A stretch of DNA of 42,222 bases from a virus: positions 1-42,222 of IMG/VR virus record IMGVR_UViG_2728369266_000002, one strand, 5' to 3'. Shown piece after piece: positions 23,515-31,887 of this stretch. The translations under genes and the position numbers were made by a program. The number at the start of each line of letters is the position of its first letter. Position 1 is the stretch's first letter. The notes beneath the pieces are model-generated. The model saw only the letters and a list, made by a program, of their open reading frames with translations, was not told where the DNA came from and did no database searches.

Positions 23515-24465
23515 CTAGGTGAGGTAGCCGAACCGGCGCAGCAGCCGGATCGCCTCGGCGTGGTCGCCGCGCGCATCAGCGATCAGCTGCTCGGCGGTGG
23601 GGCGCGGCACGGTCGACATCCGGTACTGGTAGCCGGGCACGCGCCGCAGCTGGCCGAGGATGCGCCCGGACAGGCCCCGCGCGCTGGTGCCCTCGGTGGT
23701 GAACTCCCGCCCGCCCGCGACGGTGAGGCCGCGGCGGGCGTTGACGACCTGGGCGATGTCGGCACCGGCGCGGATCGCGGCCGCGGCCGCCGCACCGAAC
23801 CGCCGGTCCTGCTGCTCGCGGGCCATCTGCTCGAACAACTCGCGCGGCGAGTCGGGCGCGTCATCGACGCCGGGGCGCAGCGGCACCAGGGCGCAGTCGC
23901 AGTTGGGGTGCCGCTCGAAGCCGGTCGACCAAGGGTAGGTCTGGCCAGCGAGGATGATGCAGCGCGCACAAGCGGGCAGCTGCACCACGCGGGTGTAGGC
24001 GACCACGCCGGGCCGGGCCGCCAGCCCGATGAGGTCGGCGACGCGGGCGGCGTCGGCGACCTGGGTGCGCACGATCATGTCCAGCAGCGCCAGCCCCAGC
24101 GCCATCGCGTCGGCCAGCGGCCGACCGGCGGCCAGGTAGGCCAGGGCGGCGGCCGCGGGCTGCATCAGCAGGGTGGCCAGGTCCCGGCCGTCGGAGGCGA
24201 CGCCGGCCAGGGCGGCCGGCACCGGGGCGGCGGCCGGCGGGGCGGCGCCGCCGAGCAGCCGCGCCAGGTAGGGGTCCGACAGCTGCGCGGCGGCGTACTG
24301 GCCGGACGTCAGCATCGCCAGCACACCGGGCAACCGGGCGGCCCAGTCGCCGCGGATCTCGGTGGTGTCGACCTCGCGCCAGGCCGCCCCTGCGCGCGTC
24401 GCGGCGGCGGCGGCCAGCCGGGCCTGGGCGGCGCGGTGCTCGGTGGCCTCAGCCGGGACCGTCAC
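23515..24465 (-). CDS. MuF-like / SPP1 gp7-family minor capsid (head morphogenesis) protein
   Basis: The motif CARCIILAGQTY...HPNCDCALVP is present. The gene overlaps the portal stop. Confidence 0.8.
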   Translation of the reverse strand: MTVPAEATEHRAAQARLAAAAATRAGAAWREVDTTEIRGDWAARLPGVLAMLTSGQYAAAQLSDPYLARLLGGAAPPAAAPVPAALAGVASDGRDLATLLMQPAAAALAYLAAGRPLADAMALGLALLDMIVRTQVADAARVADLIGLAARPGVVAYTRVVQLPACARCIILAGQTYPWSTGFERHPNCDCALVPLRPGVDDAPDSPRELFEQMAREQQDRRFGAAAAAAIRAGADIAQVVNARRGLTVAGGREFTTEGTSARGLSGRILGQLRRVPGYQYRMSTVPRPTAEQLIADARGDHAEAIRLLRRFGYLT

Positions 24466-26012
24466 GGCGCGCCCACCCCGCCGGCGCCCTCATCGGCGAA
24501 GGGGTCGACGCCGAAGGGCAGCGGCAGCGTGCCGGCCCCCGCAGCGGGCTGGGTGCGGCCGATCTCGGCCGAGATCGCGCCGATCGGGTCCAGCCGCGCC
24601 TCGGCCTCGCGCATCGCCAGCACCCGCTCGACCTCGGGCGGCTCCAGGCCGTACTGCTCGGCCAGCCACGCGAACGGGAACCCCATCTGCCGCAGCTTGA
24701 GCAAGGCGTCGACCTTCTGCGACAGGGCGCGGAACTGGGTGTCGGCCCACATCACCGTGCCAGCGCGCGCCGCGGCCGCCCGGTCCTCGTCGCCGGCGGC
24801 CTGGGCGGTCAGCGCGTAGATCTCGCGGATGGAGGGGTCGGCGTAGACGATCCGCTCGTTGGTCTTGCTGACGAGCCCCGTTTCGGCCGCCGTCAGGGCC
24901 TCGGCCGCCAGATTGGCCACCCGGCCGATGAGGTAGTGGGGCGGCGTGCGCGACTGGGCGGCGATGTGCTCCACCGCCCGCTCGATCACCGCGCTGAACA
25001 CGTCCAGCCGGGCCGCACTCCATTCGGAGGTCGAGGCGTTGGGGTCGGGGACCCACAGGATGCGCTCGCGGACCAGCGTGTCCAGGTCCAGGGGCCGCTC
25101 GCCGACCTGCTGCCCGGTGGCGTCCAGGATCGGGATCTTGGGCATATCGGCGCCGGTGACCACCCGCTGCGGCAGCGTGGCGTAGTCCAACCCGTTCATC
25201 AGGTACGCCCAGACCAGATTGGTGGCGTCCTGCATCGCGATGACGCCGTCGATGTCGGAGATCGGCGCGTCGTCGAGCAGGGTCTGGTTGCGCAGCTCCA
25301 CCAGCGGCACCGCGCCCATCGGGTTGGGCAGCGGCCAGGCGTCGTCTCCGGCCGGGTGGCGGGGCTCCCAGCCGCCCGAGGGCAGCACCGCGGCGCTCGG
25401 CTCCTGGTGGACGTAGGCGCCCGCCCCCTTGCGCTGCCACTTCCACAGGTACTCAGGGGTGTAGAGGGTCGCGAACTCGTGGCCCTCCCACTCGTCGCGC
25501 CACAGCTTCAGCCCCGCGCGGGCTTGGCCGGTCTCGGCGTCGTAGCCCACGATGGCCTGGTCGGGGCGCTCCCAGGTGATGCGCGGCGTCGACTCATCAT
25601 CCGGGTTCCCCCACACCAGCGCGAAGCTGCGGGCCGCGGCCAGCAGCACGGCGAAGGCTTCGCTGCTGCCGCGCTCGGCGCCGTTGACCCGCCACACCCG
25701 CGCCAGCTCAGCGTCAGGGCGCTGCTCGGACCCGAGCCGGATGCCGAGCACGTTCATCCGCTCCGCCGGCGAGGACACCACCGGGGCGCACCAGTTGTCG
25801 GAGAAGCCGGCGAACCGGCTGCCGAAGTAGCCGGCGAACTCCTCCGACGCGAAATGCAGCGGGTGGGCGCCCCGGAAGTAGTCCAGCCTGCGCGCGATCA
25901 CCGGCTGCCGGTTGCGCAGCTCGGCGGCCAGCCGCCCCATCACCTCCAGCGCGGCGGCCGCCTCGGTGCTCATCTGCCCGCCCGGCGCGGCCGGCTCGGC
26001 CTCATCGGCCAC
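24462..26012 (-). CDS. Portal protein (SPP1 Gp6-like)
   Basis: The GTG at 26012 is preceded by GGAGGTGA, with an alternative ATG at 25973. 516 aa, following TerL. Confidence 0.9.
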   Translation of the reverse strand: MADEAEPAAPGGQMSTEAAAALEVMGRLAAELRNRQPVIARRLDYFRGAHPLHFASEEFAGYFGSRFAGFSDNWCAPVVSSPAERMNVLGIRLGSEQRPDAELARVWRVNGAERGSSEAFAVLLAAARSFALVWGNPDDESTPRITWERPDQAIVGYDAETGQARAGLKLWRDEWEGHEFATLYTPEYLWKWQRKGAGAYVHQEPSAAVLPSGGWEPRHPAGDDAWPLPNPMGAVPLVELRNQTLLDDAPISDIDGVIAMQDATNLVWAYLMNGLDYATLPQRVVTGADMPKIPILDATGQQVGERPLDLDTLVRERILWVPDPNASTSEWSAARLDVFSAVIERAVEHIAAQSRTPPHYLIGRVANLAAEALTAAETGLVSKTNERIVYADPSIREIYALTAQAAGDEDRAAAARAGTVMWADTQFRALSQKVDALLKLRQMGFPFAWLAEQYGLEPPEVERVLAMREAEARLDPIGAISAEIGRTQPAAGAGTLPLPFGVDPFADEGAGGVGAP

Positions 26013-26016
26013 AGGA

Positions 26017-27672
26017 TCACCTCCGGCGCGTCGAGGACGCGGTGTAGATATAGGCGCCGCGCTTTTTGGCCAGGCCGGCGGCGATGACGTCCCCCAGCGC
26101 CTCGTGCGCCAGGATCGAGGGGATGACGGCGTCGATCTTCTGCGTCGGGCTGGCCTTGCGCAGCACGTAGCGGTCACCGGGGCGGGCCGCGGCACGAGCG
26201 TTGGCGATGTGGTCGGCGGTGATCTCACACCCGTCATGGGCGAAGGTGGCATCCTTCTTGGTGACGTCGGTGCGCAGCCGCTCGCAGGCGGCGTGCATCT
26301 GGACGATGCGGCGGGTGTGCCAGCGGATCACCCGCTCCTCGCCGTAGAGGTCGACCCAGTCGTCGACCTCGGTCTCCCAGTACGGAGGGTCCGCGTACAG
26401 CCGCACCACGTCGAAGCGGCGCATCACCTCGTCCATGCCCGCGCGCACCTCCGCACGCGGCACCTGCCCGCCGAAGTCGGCCGGGTTCCAGACCGCCGGC
26501 TGCCGGTCGGGGCCCACCAGCGGCGTGAACTGGAAGCCGTCCATGGTCTCGCAGCGGATCGCCGTCCAGTCATCGACGTCGGACCCGTCGAACCCGGCCA
26601 CGATGCGGGTCCGGTCCGGCACCGCGCGGGGCGCGGCCCGCCGCTCCCAGGCCGCCGGGTCCAGCCACGAGCTGGTGCCGGCCACGCACCGGTTGCCGAA
26701 GAACCGCTCGGCCTGGGCGGGGTCCTTCTCCATCAGCTCGGCGGCCTCGGCCTCGATGGCGTCCAGGTCCACGTGGTCGCTGCCCGCGTAGACGTAGGCA
26801 TGGATGCGGCGGCGCTGCCGCTTGTCTCGGTAGGACCAGGTCTTGGGGGCCTGGGGGTGGTAGCGGAAGATGTCCTTGGCCTTGGACTCCGAGGTGCGCC
26901 GGGCGGTGGAGTCCTCGCCGGGGTCCCAGGCGTTGGTGGTCTCGATCGCCCGGCCGCCCATGCCCGCCAGGCCGCGGCGCTGCGCCTCGGCGACCGAGGT
27001 CATCCTGTTCGCCGGGGTGTAGATCCCGGTCTCGTCCTGCAGCGCGAACACGATCGGGTTGCCCAGCCGGCTGCGCGCCGAGGAGGTGACGACGTCGATG
27101 CGGCCGCCGCCGGACCCGGTGCGGATGCGGGTGAACTCCTCGCCCACCGTCAGCACGTCGGCCAGCGGCCCGGCGGCCACCGTCGCCTTCAGGTGCCCGT
27201 AGACGTTCGTCTCGACTTGGTCGCTGCTCACGCCCAGCAGCTGGATCAGCGGGTCGTGCCAGGGGCGGCCCATCGGCTCTCCTGCCTCATAGCGGTACCA
27301 CCACCCGCACTCGCACCCGTGGTCGGCGCACCGGTAGACCTCACCGCCGACCGCCCACCCGGCGAAGACCACCGGGCCCACCGCCTCGGCCAGCGAGATG
27401 AACGCCGACCACGGCCCTTTGCCGGTCTTCTGCGGCGCCACCACCAGGGAGCGCCGGCAGTGGAACGCGGTCGCCAGCTGCCCGACCACCGCAGTCGGCC
27501 GAACCCGGTAGTGGCTGACCGTGCACCACAGCTGCCACCGGTACAGCTCCAGGTCCTCACCGGCGCGGAACCCGCCGGGCACCGGGCAGTGCGCCTCGAT
27601 CCACTCCGGCACGATCCACAGCGTCGGGAAGTCGACGACGAACTCGGCGGAGGCGTCAGCCGCCTTCGCCAT
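26017..27672 (-). CDS. terL: Terminase large subunit
   Basis: A Walker A-like motif VVAPQKTGKGPW is present, and the C-terminal half is nuclease-like. 551 aa. The gene overlaps TerS by 17 nt. Confidence 0.9.
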   Translation of the reverse strand: MAKAADASAEFVVDFPTLWIVPEWIEAHCPVPGGFRAGEDLELYRWQLWCTVSHYRVRPTAVVGQLATAFHCRRSLVVAPQKTGKGPWSAFISLAEAVGPVVFAGWAVGGEVYRCADHGCECGWWYRYEAGEPMGRPWHDPLIQLLGVSSDQVETNVYGHLKATVAAGPLADVLTVGEEFTRIRTGSGGGRIDVVTSSARSRLGNPIVFALQDETGIYTPANRMTSVAEAQRRGLAGMGGRAIETTNAWDPGEDSTARRTSESKAKDIFRYHPQAPKTWSYRDKRQRRRIHAYVYAGSDHVDLDAIEAEAAELMEKDPAQAERFFGNRCVAGTSSWLDPAAWERRAAPRAVPDRTRIVAGFDGSDVDDWTAIRCETMDGFQFTPLVGPDRQPAVWNPADFGGQVPRAEVRAGMDEVMRRFDVVRLYADPPYWETEVDDWVDLYGEERVIRWHTRRIVQMHAACERLRTDVTKKDATFAHDGCEITADHIANARAAARPGDRYVLRKASPTQKIDAVIPSILAHEALGDVIAAGLAKKRGAYIYTASSTRRR

Positions 27673-28138
27673 CGCGCACGACCCTCATCCGGTCGCGCAC
27701 CGACCGCCGCATCGGCACGATCGGCGCCGGCGCGGACTCGTCCGACTCGATGGCGGCCGCCGCCGGGGCGATCTTCCACCGGTTGCGCAGCATCCCCTGC
27801 ACCGACAGCCCCAGGCTGTCGAGGTACTGGCGCACGACCTTCTGCAGCTCCACGCTCGCACGCGGCAGTTCGGCCTCGGCGAGCTTGCGGACGAACATCG
27901 CCACCTCGTAGCGCTGGTCCAGCCGCTCCCACATCACAGCCTGCGGACGCGACCACAGGTCGAGCCACAGGTCCCACTCCCGCGGCTGCAGGTCGATCAG
28001 CGGCCACTCCGGCGGATCACCCGCCCGCCCCTCGGCGGGCAGCGTCACCCACCCTGCCTTGTCGTCCTTGCGGTTACGCCGCAGCGCGTTGGGGTCCGGT
28101 GCCGGACCCGACACCACGCGGGCACCTCCACGAGACAT
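27656..28138 (-). CDS. terS: Terminase small subunit (P27-like)
   Basis: The ATG at 28138 has AGGAGG 9 nt upstream, and the track start is GTG 28171. The call rests on the motif GPAPDPNALRRNRKD and on position between the HNH and TerL genes. Confidence 0.75.
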   Translation of the reverse strand: MSRGGARVVSGPAPDPNALRRNRKDDKAGWVTLPAEGRAGDPPEWPLIDLQPREWDLWLDLWSRPQAVMWERLDQRYEVAMFVRKLAEAELPRASVELQKVVRQYLDSLGLSVQGMLRNRWKIAPAAAAIESDESAPAPIVPMRRSVRDRMRVVRDGEGG

Positions 28139-28171
28139 CGGCCCTCGCCTCCTCGCCGCGTTGCGCGGCAC

Positions 28172-28359
28172 CGGTCGCCGTCACGTTGCGTGACGGCGGG
28201 GACCTTTTGAACTTGACGGACTTCTCGGAGCCCTCCCCGGCGTTCCCCTATAAGCCCAGGTCAGGGGTATACCCCCAGGTCGGGGGCTCGTGATGCCCGC
28301 TCCGTGTCCGCGCAGGTCAGCGGCTTGCATTGCGCAGCGCTATCCACGCAGGTCAGCGG
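28172..28359. promoter_or_regulatory. Candidate cos / terminase recognition region
   Basis: IR CGCCGTCAC-gttgc-GTGACGGCG lies at about 28175..28197. CCCAGGTC(A/G)GGGG occurs at 28255..28267 and 28274..28286, flanking the palindrome GGGGTATACCCC (28264..28275). CGCAGGTCAGCGG occurs at 28311..28323 and 28347..28359. Confidence 0.5.
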
Positions 28360-28727
28360 GGTTCGCGGTCGTTCCATCCGCCGGGCTGCTCACGTGCGGT
28401 CTTGCGGCTGTGGTGGCTCTTGGTCATGCCGACCAGATTGCTCCAGTCGTGCCCACGCGGCCCGAGCGGCCCGAGCCCGTCCTTGTGGTCCACCTCGGTG
28501 GCGCGCGGCCGCAGCAGTTCGGGAAACCGCGCGCACTCCTCACACCCGCAGTAGGGATTCGCCATCAGGTAGGCCGCACGCGTGCGCTGCCAGGCGCGGT
28601 CATAGCCCTTCGCGCTGGCGCTCGGCCGTGACGCCGCCGCCTTCGCCACGCAGTCCGCACAGCGCCCCGCCTTGGTCAGGCGCGGGCACCCAGGAGTGGG
28701 GCACACCTGCAGGGCCCGGCGCGCCAT
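28353..28727 (-). CDS. HNH endonuclease (packaging-associated)
   Basis: The call rests on the Cys-rich motifs CPTPGCPRLTKAGRCADC and CGCEEC plus EVDHKDG...H. The ATG at 28727 overlaps the upstream stop. Confidence 0.85.
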   Translation of the reverse strand: MARRALQVCPTPGCPRLTKAGRCADCVAKAAASRPSASAKGYDRAWQRTRAAYLMANPYCGCEECARFPELLRPRATEVDHKDGLGPLGPRGHDWSNLVGMTKSHHSRKTAREQPGGWNDREPR

Positions 28728-28918
28728 CAGCGGCCGACGCGGCCGATCAGCCACCGCGCCGGAGCGGCGAGCGCCGCCCATGCAGCGATGACGATCCGCG
28801 CACCGATGGACCGCTCATCGGCCGGGCGGTGCTCCTCACCGTGCATCCACGCCGCATAGGCGAACGCCAGCACGCCCGTGAACACCACGGCGGCGGCAAC
28901 GACGGTGAGGTCGGACAT
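28727..28918 (-). CDS. Small membrane protein (63 aa)
   Basis: GAGGAG lies upstream of the ATG at 28918. There are two hydrophobic segments. Confidence 0.65.
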   Translation of the reverse strand: MSDLTVVAAAVVFTGVLAFAYAAWMHGEEHRPADERSIGARIVIAAWAALAAPARWLIGRVGR

Positions 28919-29070
28919 GCTCGCTCCTCGGACTCGGCGGGCGCGCGCCCGTGCCGTCTCTTCCTACCAGGGGGATTCAGGGACCGCCGCCGTTCCGGAT
29001 TCGAACCGGTACTGGCCAGCGTCGCGCGGCAGCCTCCGCGTGCCGACGGCGTCCCCGCCTATGGGGGTCC

Positions 29071-29259
29071 TCAGCGGACCGGGGTGTGCCACTGGTGGGC
29101 GCTCAGCGCGTCGGCCCACACCACGGTGCCGGTGTCGGTGCCGCACGGGCACCAGGCCCGGCCGGTGCCGGCGGGCTCGATGACGCGCCAACCGTCGACC
29201 GGCGCCAGCTCGCGGACGTCGCGCTGCAGCGTCGGCGCGCAGCTGCTCACCAGCGTCAC
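29071..29259 (-). CDS. Small hypothetical protein (62 aa)
   Basis: The GTG at 29259 overlaps the upstream stop (GTGA). Confidence 0.5.
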   Translation of the reverse strand: MTLVSSCAPTLQRDVRELAPVDGWRVIEPAGTGRAWCPCGTDTGTVVWADALSAHQWHTPVR

Positions 29260-29405
29260 ACCCTCTCGATCTCGGCCAGGGCCGACGCCAGCGCGATCCA
29301 GCCCTCGGCGATGCGGACCTTGCTGTCCACCATGGCGGGGTTGGGCTCCATGTCGGCCCGCTCCAGCACCTCTGCCGCCTTCTCCGCGGCCTGTCCAGCG
29401 GTCAC
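29256..29405 (-). CDS. Small hypothetical protein (49 aa)
   Basis: The GTG at 29405 overlaps the upstream stop (GTGA). The sequence is helical. Confidence 0.5.
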   Translation of the reverse strand: MTAGQAAEKAAEVLERADMEPNPAMVDSKVRIAEGWIALASALAEIERV

Positions 29406-29563
29406 CGCCGAATCCCGGCGATCGCCTGGGAGCGGTACTCCTCGGCGTGCGACGCCCACCACGCCGCCGCGATGATCCACACCAGCACCTGCCAGTCGCG
29501 GTGCACCAGGGCCAGCGACGCGCACAGAGCACACAGCGCGATGTAGTTGGAGAGGGCGCTCAC
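29402..29563 (-). CDS. Small membrane protein (53 aa)
   Basis: The GTG at 29563 overlaps the upstream stop (GTGA). The sequence is hydrophobic (ALCALCASLALV..., VLVWIIAAAWW). Confidence 0.5.
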   Translation of the reverse strand: MSALSNYIALCALCASLALVHRDWQVLVWIIAAAWWASHAEEYRSQAIAGIRR

Positions 29564-29913
29564 AAGCCCGTCACCGTCGCGGCCGTCAGCGTGTAGGTGC
29601 CCTGCGCGCCGAAGACCTCGCTGGCGCTCAGCGCGCCGCCGCCGTAGAAGGTGCCGCCGCTGGACGCGCTCCACAGGCCGAAGTGGCTCACGGTCGCCCC
29701 GGCCGGGACGGCGAAGATCGGGTCGTTGGTGATGCCGATCTGGGCGCCGCTGGCCGCGCCGAATGTGACGCTCTGCCGCGCGTAGGCCGGCGACCCGCCG
29801 CTCAGCTCGTTGTCGCCGGCGGCGCCCGGGTCGGCGTCGTGCAGGCTCGCGTACACCGCCAGCGGGCCGAGTTCGTTCAACATCGCGTTCCAAGCCGCTT
29901 CGCTCAGCGCCAT
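29560..29913 (-). CDS. Hypothetical protein (117 aa), first gene of the late operon
   Basis: The ATG at 29913 is preceded by GAAGGAG. The composition is beta-rich and Gly/Ala/Ser-rich. Confidence 0.7.
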   Translation of the reverse strand: MALSEAAWNAMLNELGPLAVYASLHDADPGAAGDNELSGGSPAYARQSVTFGAASGAQIGITNDPIFAVPAGATVSHFGLWSASSGGTFYGGGALSASEVFGAQGTYTLTAATVTGL

Positions 29914-30035
29914 GACGTACTCCTTCGTGACGTGGTTGCCGTGCTGGCCGAGGTCGGCCGTCCGGGGGCGCCCGAGCCATCGGCGCCTTACGGTGACCTT
30001 CACCAGCGGTCGGGGATTCCCAGGGAGGGGCGATC

Positions 30036-30581
30036 ATGGCCACGGAGGCGCTACGGCCGGACATCCAAGCGGCGCGGGACCGGATGACGACGCGGCTCGG
30101 CTCGAACCGCGAGATCCGGCGCCTGGTCGAACACCTGTGGGACGGGGAGACCGTCGAGCGCCTGGCGGCGGGGTCCTATGGCGGCGGCACCGGCCTGCTC
30201 GTGCTGACCGGGCGCCGGCTGCTGTTCATCCGCGATGGATGGACCGGGCAGGTCTCCGAGGACTTCCCGTTCGAGAAGATCTCGTCGGTGCAGTGGGCGG
30301 GCGGCCTGCTGCTCGGCAAGCTCGTCGTCTTCGCCAGCGGCAACAAGGCGGAGATCGGCCAGCTCGACAAGACCGACGGGCGGGCGATCGCCGACGCGGT
30401 CCGCGGCCGCCTGTCGGGCGGTTCGGCACCGGCAGCCCCCGCGCCCCAGGCGCCGGCGGCCGCGGCTGCGGCCGACGACGTGTACGAGGCGCTGCGCAAG
30501 CTCGGCGAGCTGCGCGACGCCGGGATCGTGACGGCCGATGAGTTCGACGCGAAGAAGGCCGAGCTGCTGCGGCGGGTGTGA
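30036..30581 (+). CDS. Bacterial PH-domain (YokE-like) protein with C-terminal SHOCT domain
   Basis: The ATG has GGGAGGGG upstream. The PH-like core reads LLVLTGRRLLFIRDG...FPFEKISSVQW. An Ala/Pro linker leads to the SHOCT-like tail DVYEALRKLGELRDAGIVTADEFDAKKAELL. Confidence 0.8.
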   Translation: MATEALRPDIQAARDRMTTRLGSNREIRRLVEHLWDGETVERLAAGSYGGGTGLLVLTGRRLLFIRDGWTGQVSEDFPFEKISSVQWAGGLLLGKLVVFASGNKAEIGQLDKTDGRAIADAVRGRLSGGSAPAAPAPQAPAAAAAADDVYEALRKLGELRDAGIVTADEFDAKKAELLRRV

Positions 30582-30586
30582 TGGTG

Positions 30587-30624
30587 CCCGCCCGGCGCGG
30601 CCCCCGACGAGCGCGCCGGGCGGG
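30587..30624 (+). terminator. Stem-loop after the PH-SHOCT gene
   Basis: CCCGCCCGGCGCG (30587..30599) pairs with CGCGCCGGGCGGG (30612..30624). The 13-bp stem is perfect and the loop is 12 nt. Confidence 0.6.
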
Positions 30625-30730
30625 GTCTGGACATGACGAAGGCCCCGGAGGGGATGTCCTCCAGGGCCAGTTCGCGCCATTCAAGTCGACGCCAGTGTGA
30701 CACGTGTAGCGCGGCTACGCAAGCGGAGTG

Positions 30731-31015
30731 TTAGCGCTGGAGCCTAGCCAGCATGTCTTGGGCGTACTGGACCTCGTCTTCGGGGTAGCAGTGGGGGTTG
30801 TCGACGATCAGCGAAGTCGCTTCTCGGTGGTAGTGATCGATCAGGTCGACGTCGGCTGAGAACAGGCTGCCCTCTGCTTCGGCCATGTCGATGGCGTGCC
30901 AGACCTCGTCATCGACTTCGTCGCAGGGGCGAGCCGACCAGTCGATTCCGGCGATCAGCAGCGTCAGCCAGACCGCGAATGCCCCCAGCGCGATGAACTT
31001 GACGATCTTCATCAT
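30731..31015 (-). CDS. Small N-terminally anchored or secreted protein (94 aa), lower GC
   Basis: The N-terminus MMKIVKFIALGAFAVWLTLLIAG is a signal or anchor helix. The start overlaps the upstream stop. GC is visibly lower than in neighbouring genes. Confidence 0.7.
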   Translation of the reverse strand: MMKIVKFIALGAFAVWLTLLIAGIDWSARPCDEVDDEVWHAIDMAEAEGSLFSADVDLIDHYHREATSLIVDNPHCYPEDEVQYAQDMLARLQR

Positions 31016-31878
31016 GCCCTCTCGGTCTCGGGCAGCAGCCCGATCACGTCGCCCACCCGGTAGCGGGGGCGCCGGCGGTCGTCGCGCGGGTCCGGTGGGT
31101 ACTGCGCCAGCTTTCCACGCTGGACCCACTTGCGCAGCAGCTCGGCCGTGACCGGCCGCCCCATCCGGCTGACCGCCCCGGCAACCTCGGCGGCCGTGCC
31201 GAGGTGGGCGTCGGCCCACCGGTGCAGCAGCCCCAGGCGGGCATCGGCGTCGTGGGCGTGGCCGCAGTCGCGGCACGTAGCGGTCGGCGCGCCGGGGCGC
31301 GTGTAGAGGTCCGCGCCGCACGACGCGCAGGGGCCGACGTAGGCGCGCTCGACGGGGAGGTCGAGCACGGGCAGCACCTCGGCCAGGGCGGCCAGGACCT
31401 CATCGACGCACTCCCCGCCGGCCTCGTGCAGCCTCACCCGCTCCGCACGCGCGGACAACCACCCGGCCATCGCGGGCAGGTTGTCCTCAGGGAGGCCGGC
31501 GCCGCCCCGGCGGATCTCCGCACAGGAGGCGTGCGCACACCGGCGGCAGACGGGTCCGTACCGGGGCGGCCGGCGGGGCGGCTGGTCCTCACCATAGGCA
31601 TTGGCCAGCACCCGCACCCACGTCACCAGGGCGTTGCGCAGCACCCACCCGACCTCACTCGCGCCCGCGTTGAACACCAGCGGCGCCTCGGCCGAGCGGC
31701 GGCCCCCGCTGCCGCCGCCCATCCGATCCCCGCGCGTGACCGCGGTGTCCAGCTCCGCCGCCAGCTCCGGCACCCGGCCCAGGGCGCGCCGCAGCTCGGC
31801 GATGCACGGCGTGCACACCGTCGCGTCGCGCACCCGCCGGTAGCAGTCCGGCACCGCGCACAGGCCCCCGTCGTCCAT
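31012..31878 (-). CDS. Cys-rich DNA-binding protein with C-terminal excisionase/MerR-like HTH
   Basis: Several CxxC pairs are present (CAVPDC...CTPC, CRRCAHASC, CASC...CRDC). The C-terminus reads TAAEVAGAVSRMGRPVTAELLRKWVQRGKL. Confidence 0.7.
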   Translation of the reverse strand: MDDGGLCAVPDCYRRVRDATVCTPCIAELRRALGRVPELAAELDTAVTRGDRMGGGSGGRRSAEAPLVFNAGASEVGWVLRNALVTWVRVLANAYGEDQPPRRPPRYGPVCRRCAHASCAEIRRGGAGLPEDNLPAMAGWLSARAERVRLHEAGGECVDEVLAALAEVLPVLDLPVERAYVGPCASCGADLYTRPGAPTATCRDCGHAHDADARLGLLHRWADAHLGTAAEVAGAVSRMGRPVTAELLRKWVQRGKLAQYPPDPRDDRRRPRYRVGDVIGLLPETERA

Positions 31879-31887
31879 CGAACTCCT

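Noticed and set aside
28960-29070. An intact tRNA gene around the GGTTCGAATCC motif.
   Set aside because: A cloverleaf cannot be built. There is no D arm, the spacing is about 7 nt too short, the T stem is mismatched and the anticodon-like hairpin has a 6-nt loop. It is kept only as a tRNA-like fragment in the findings.
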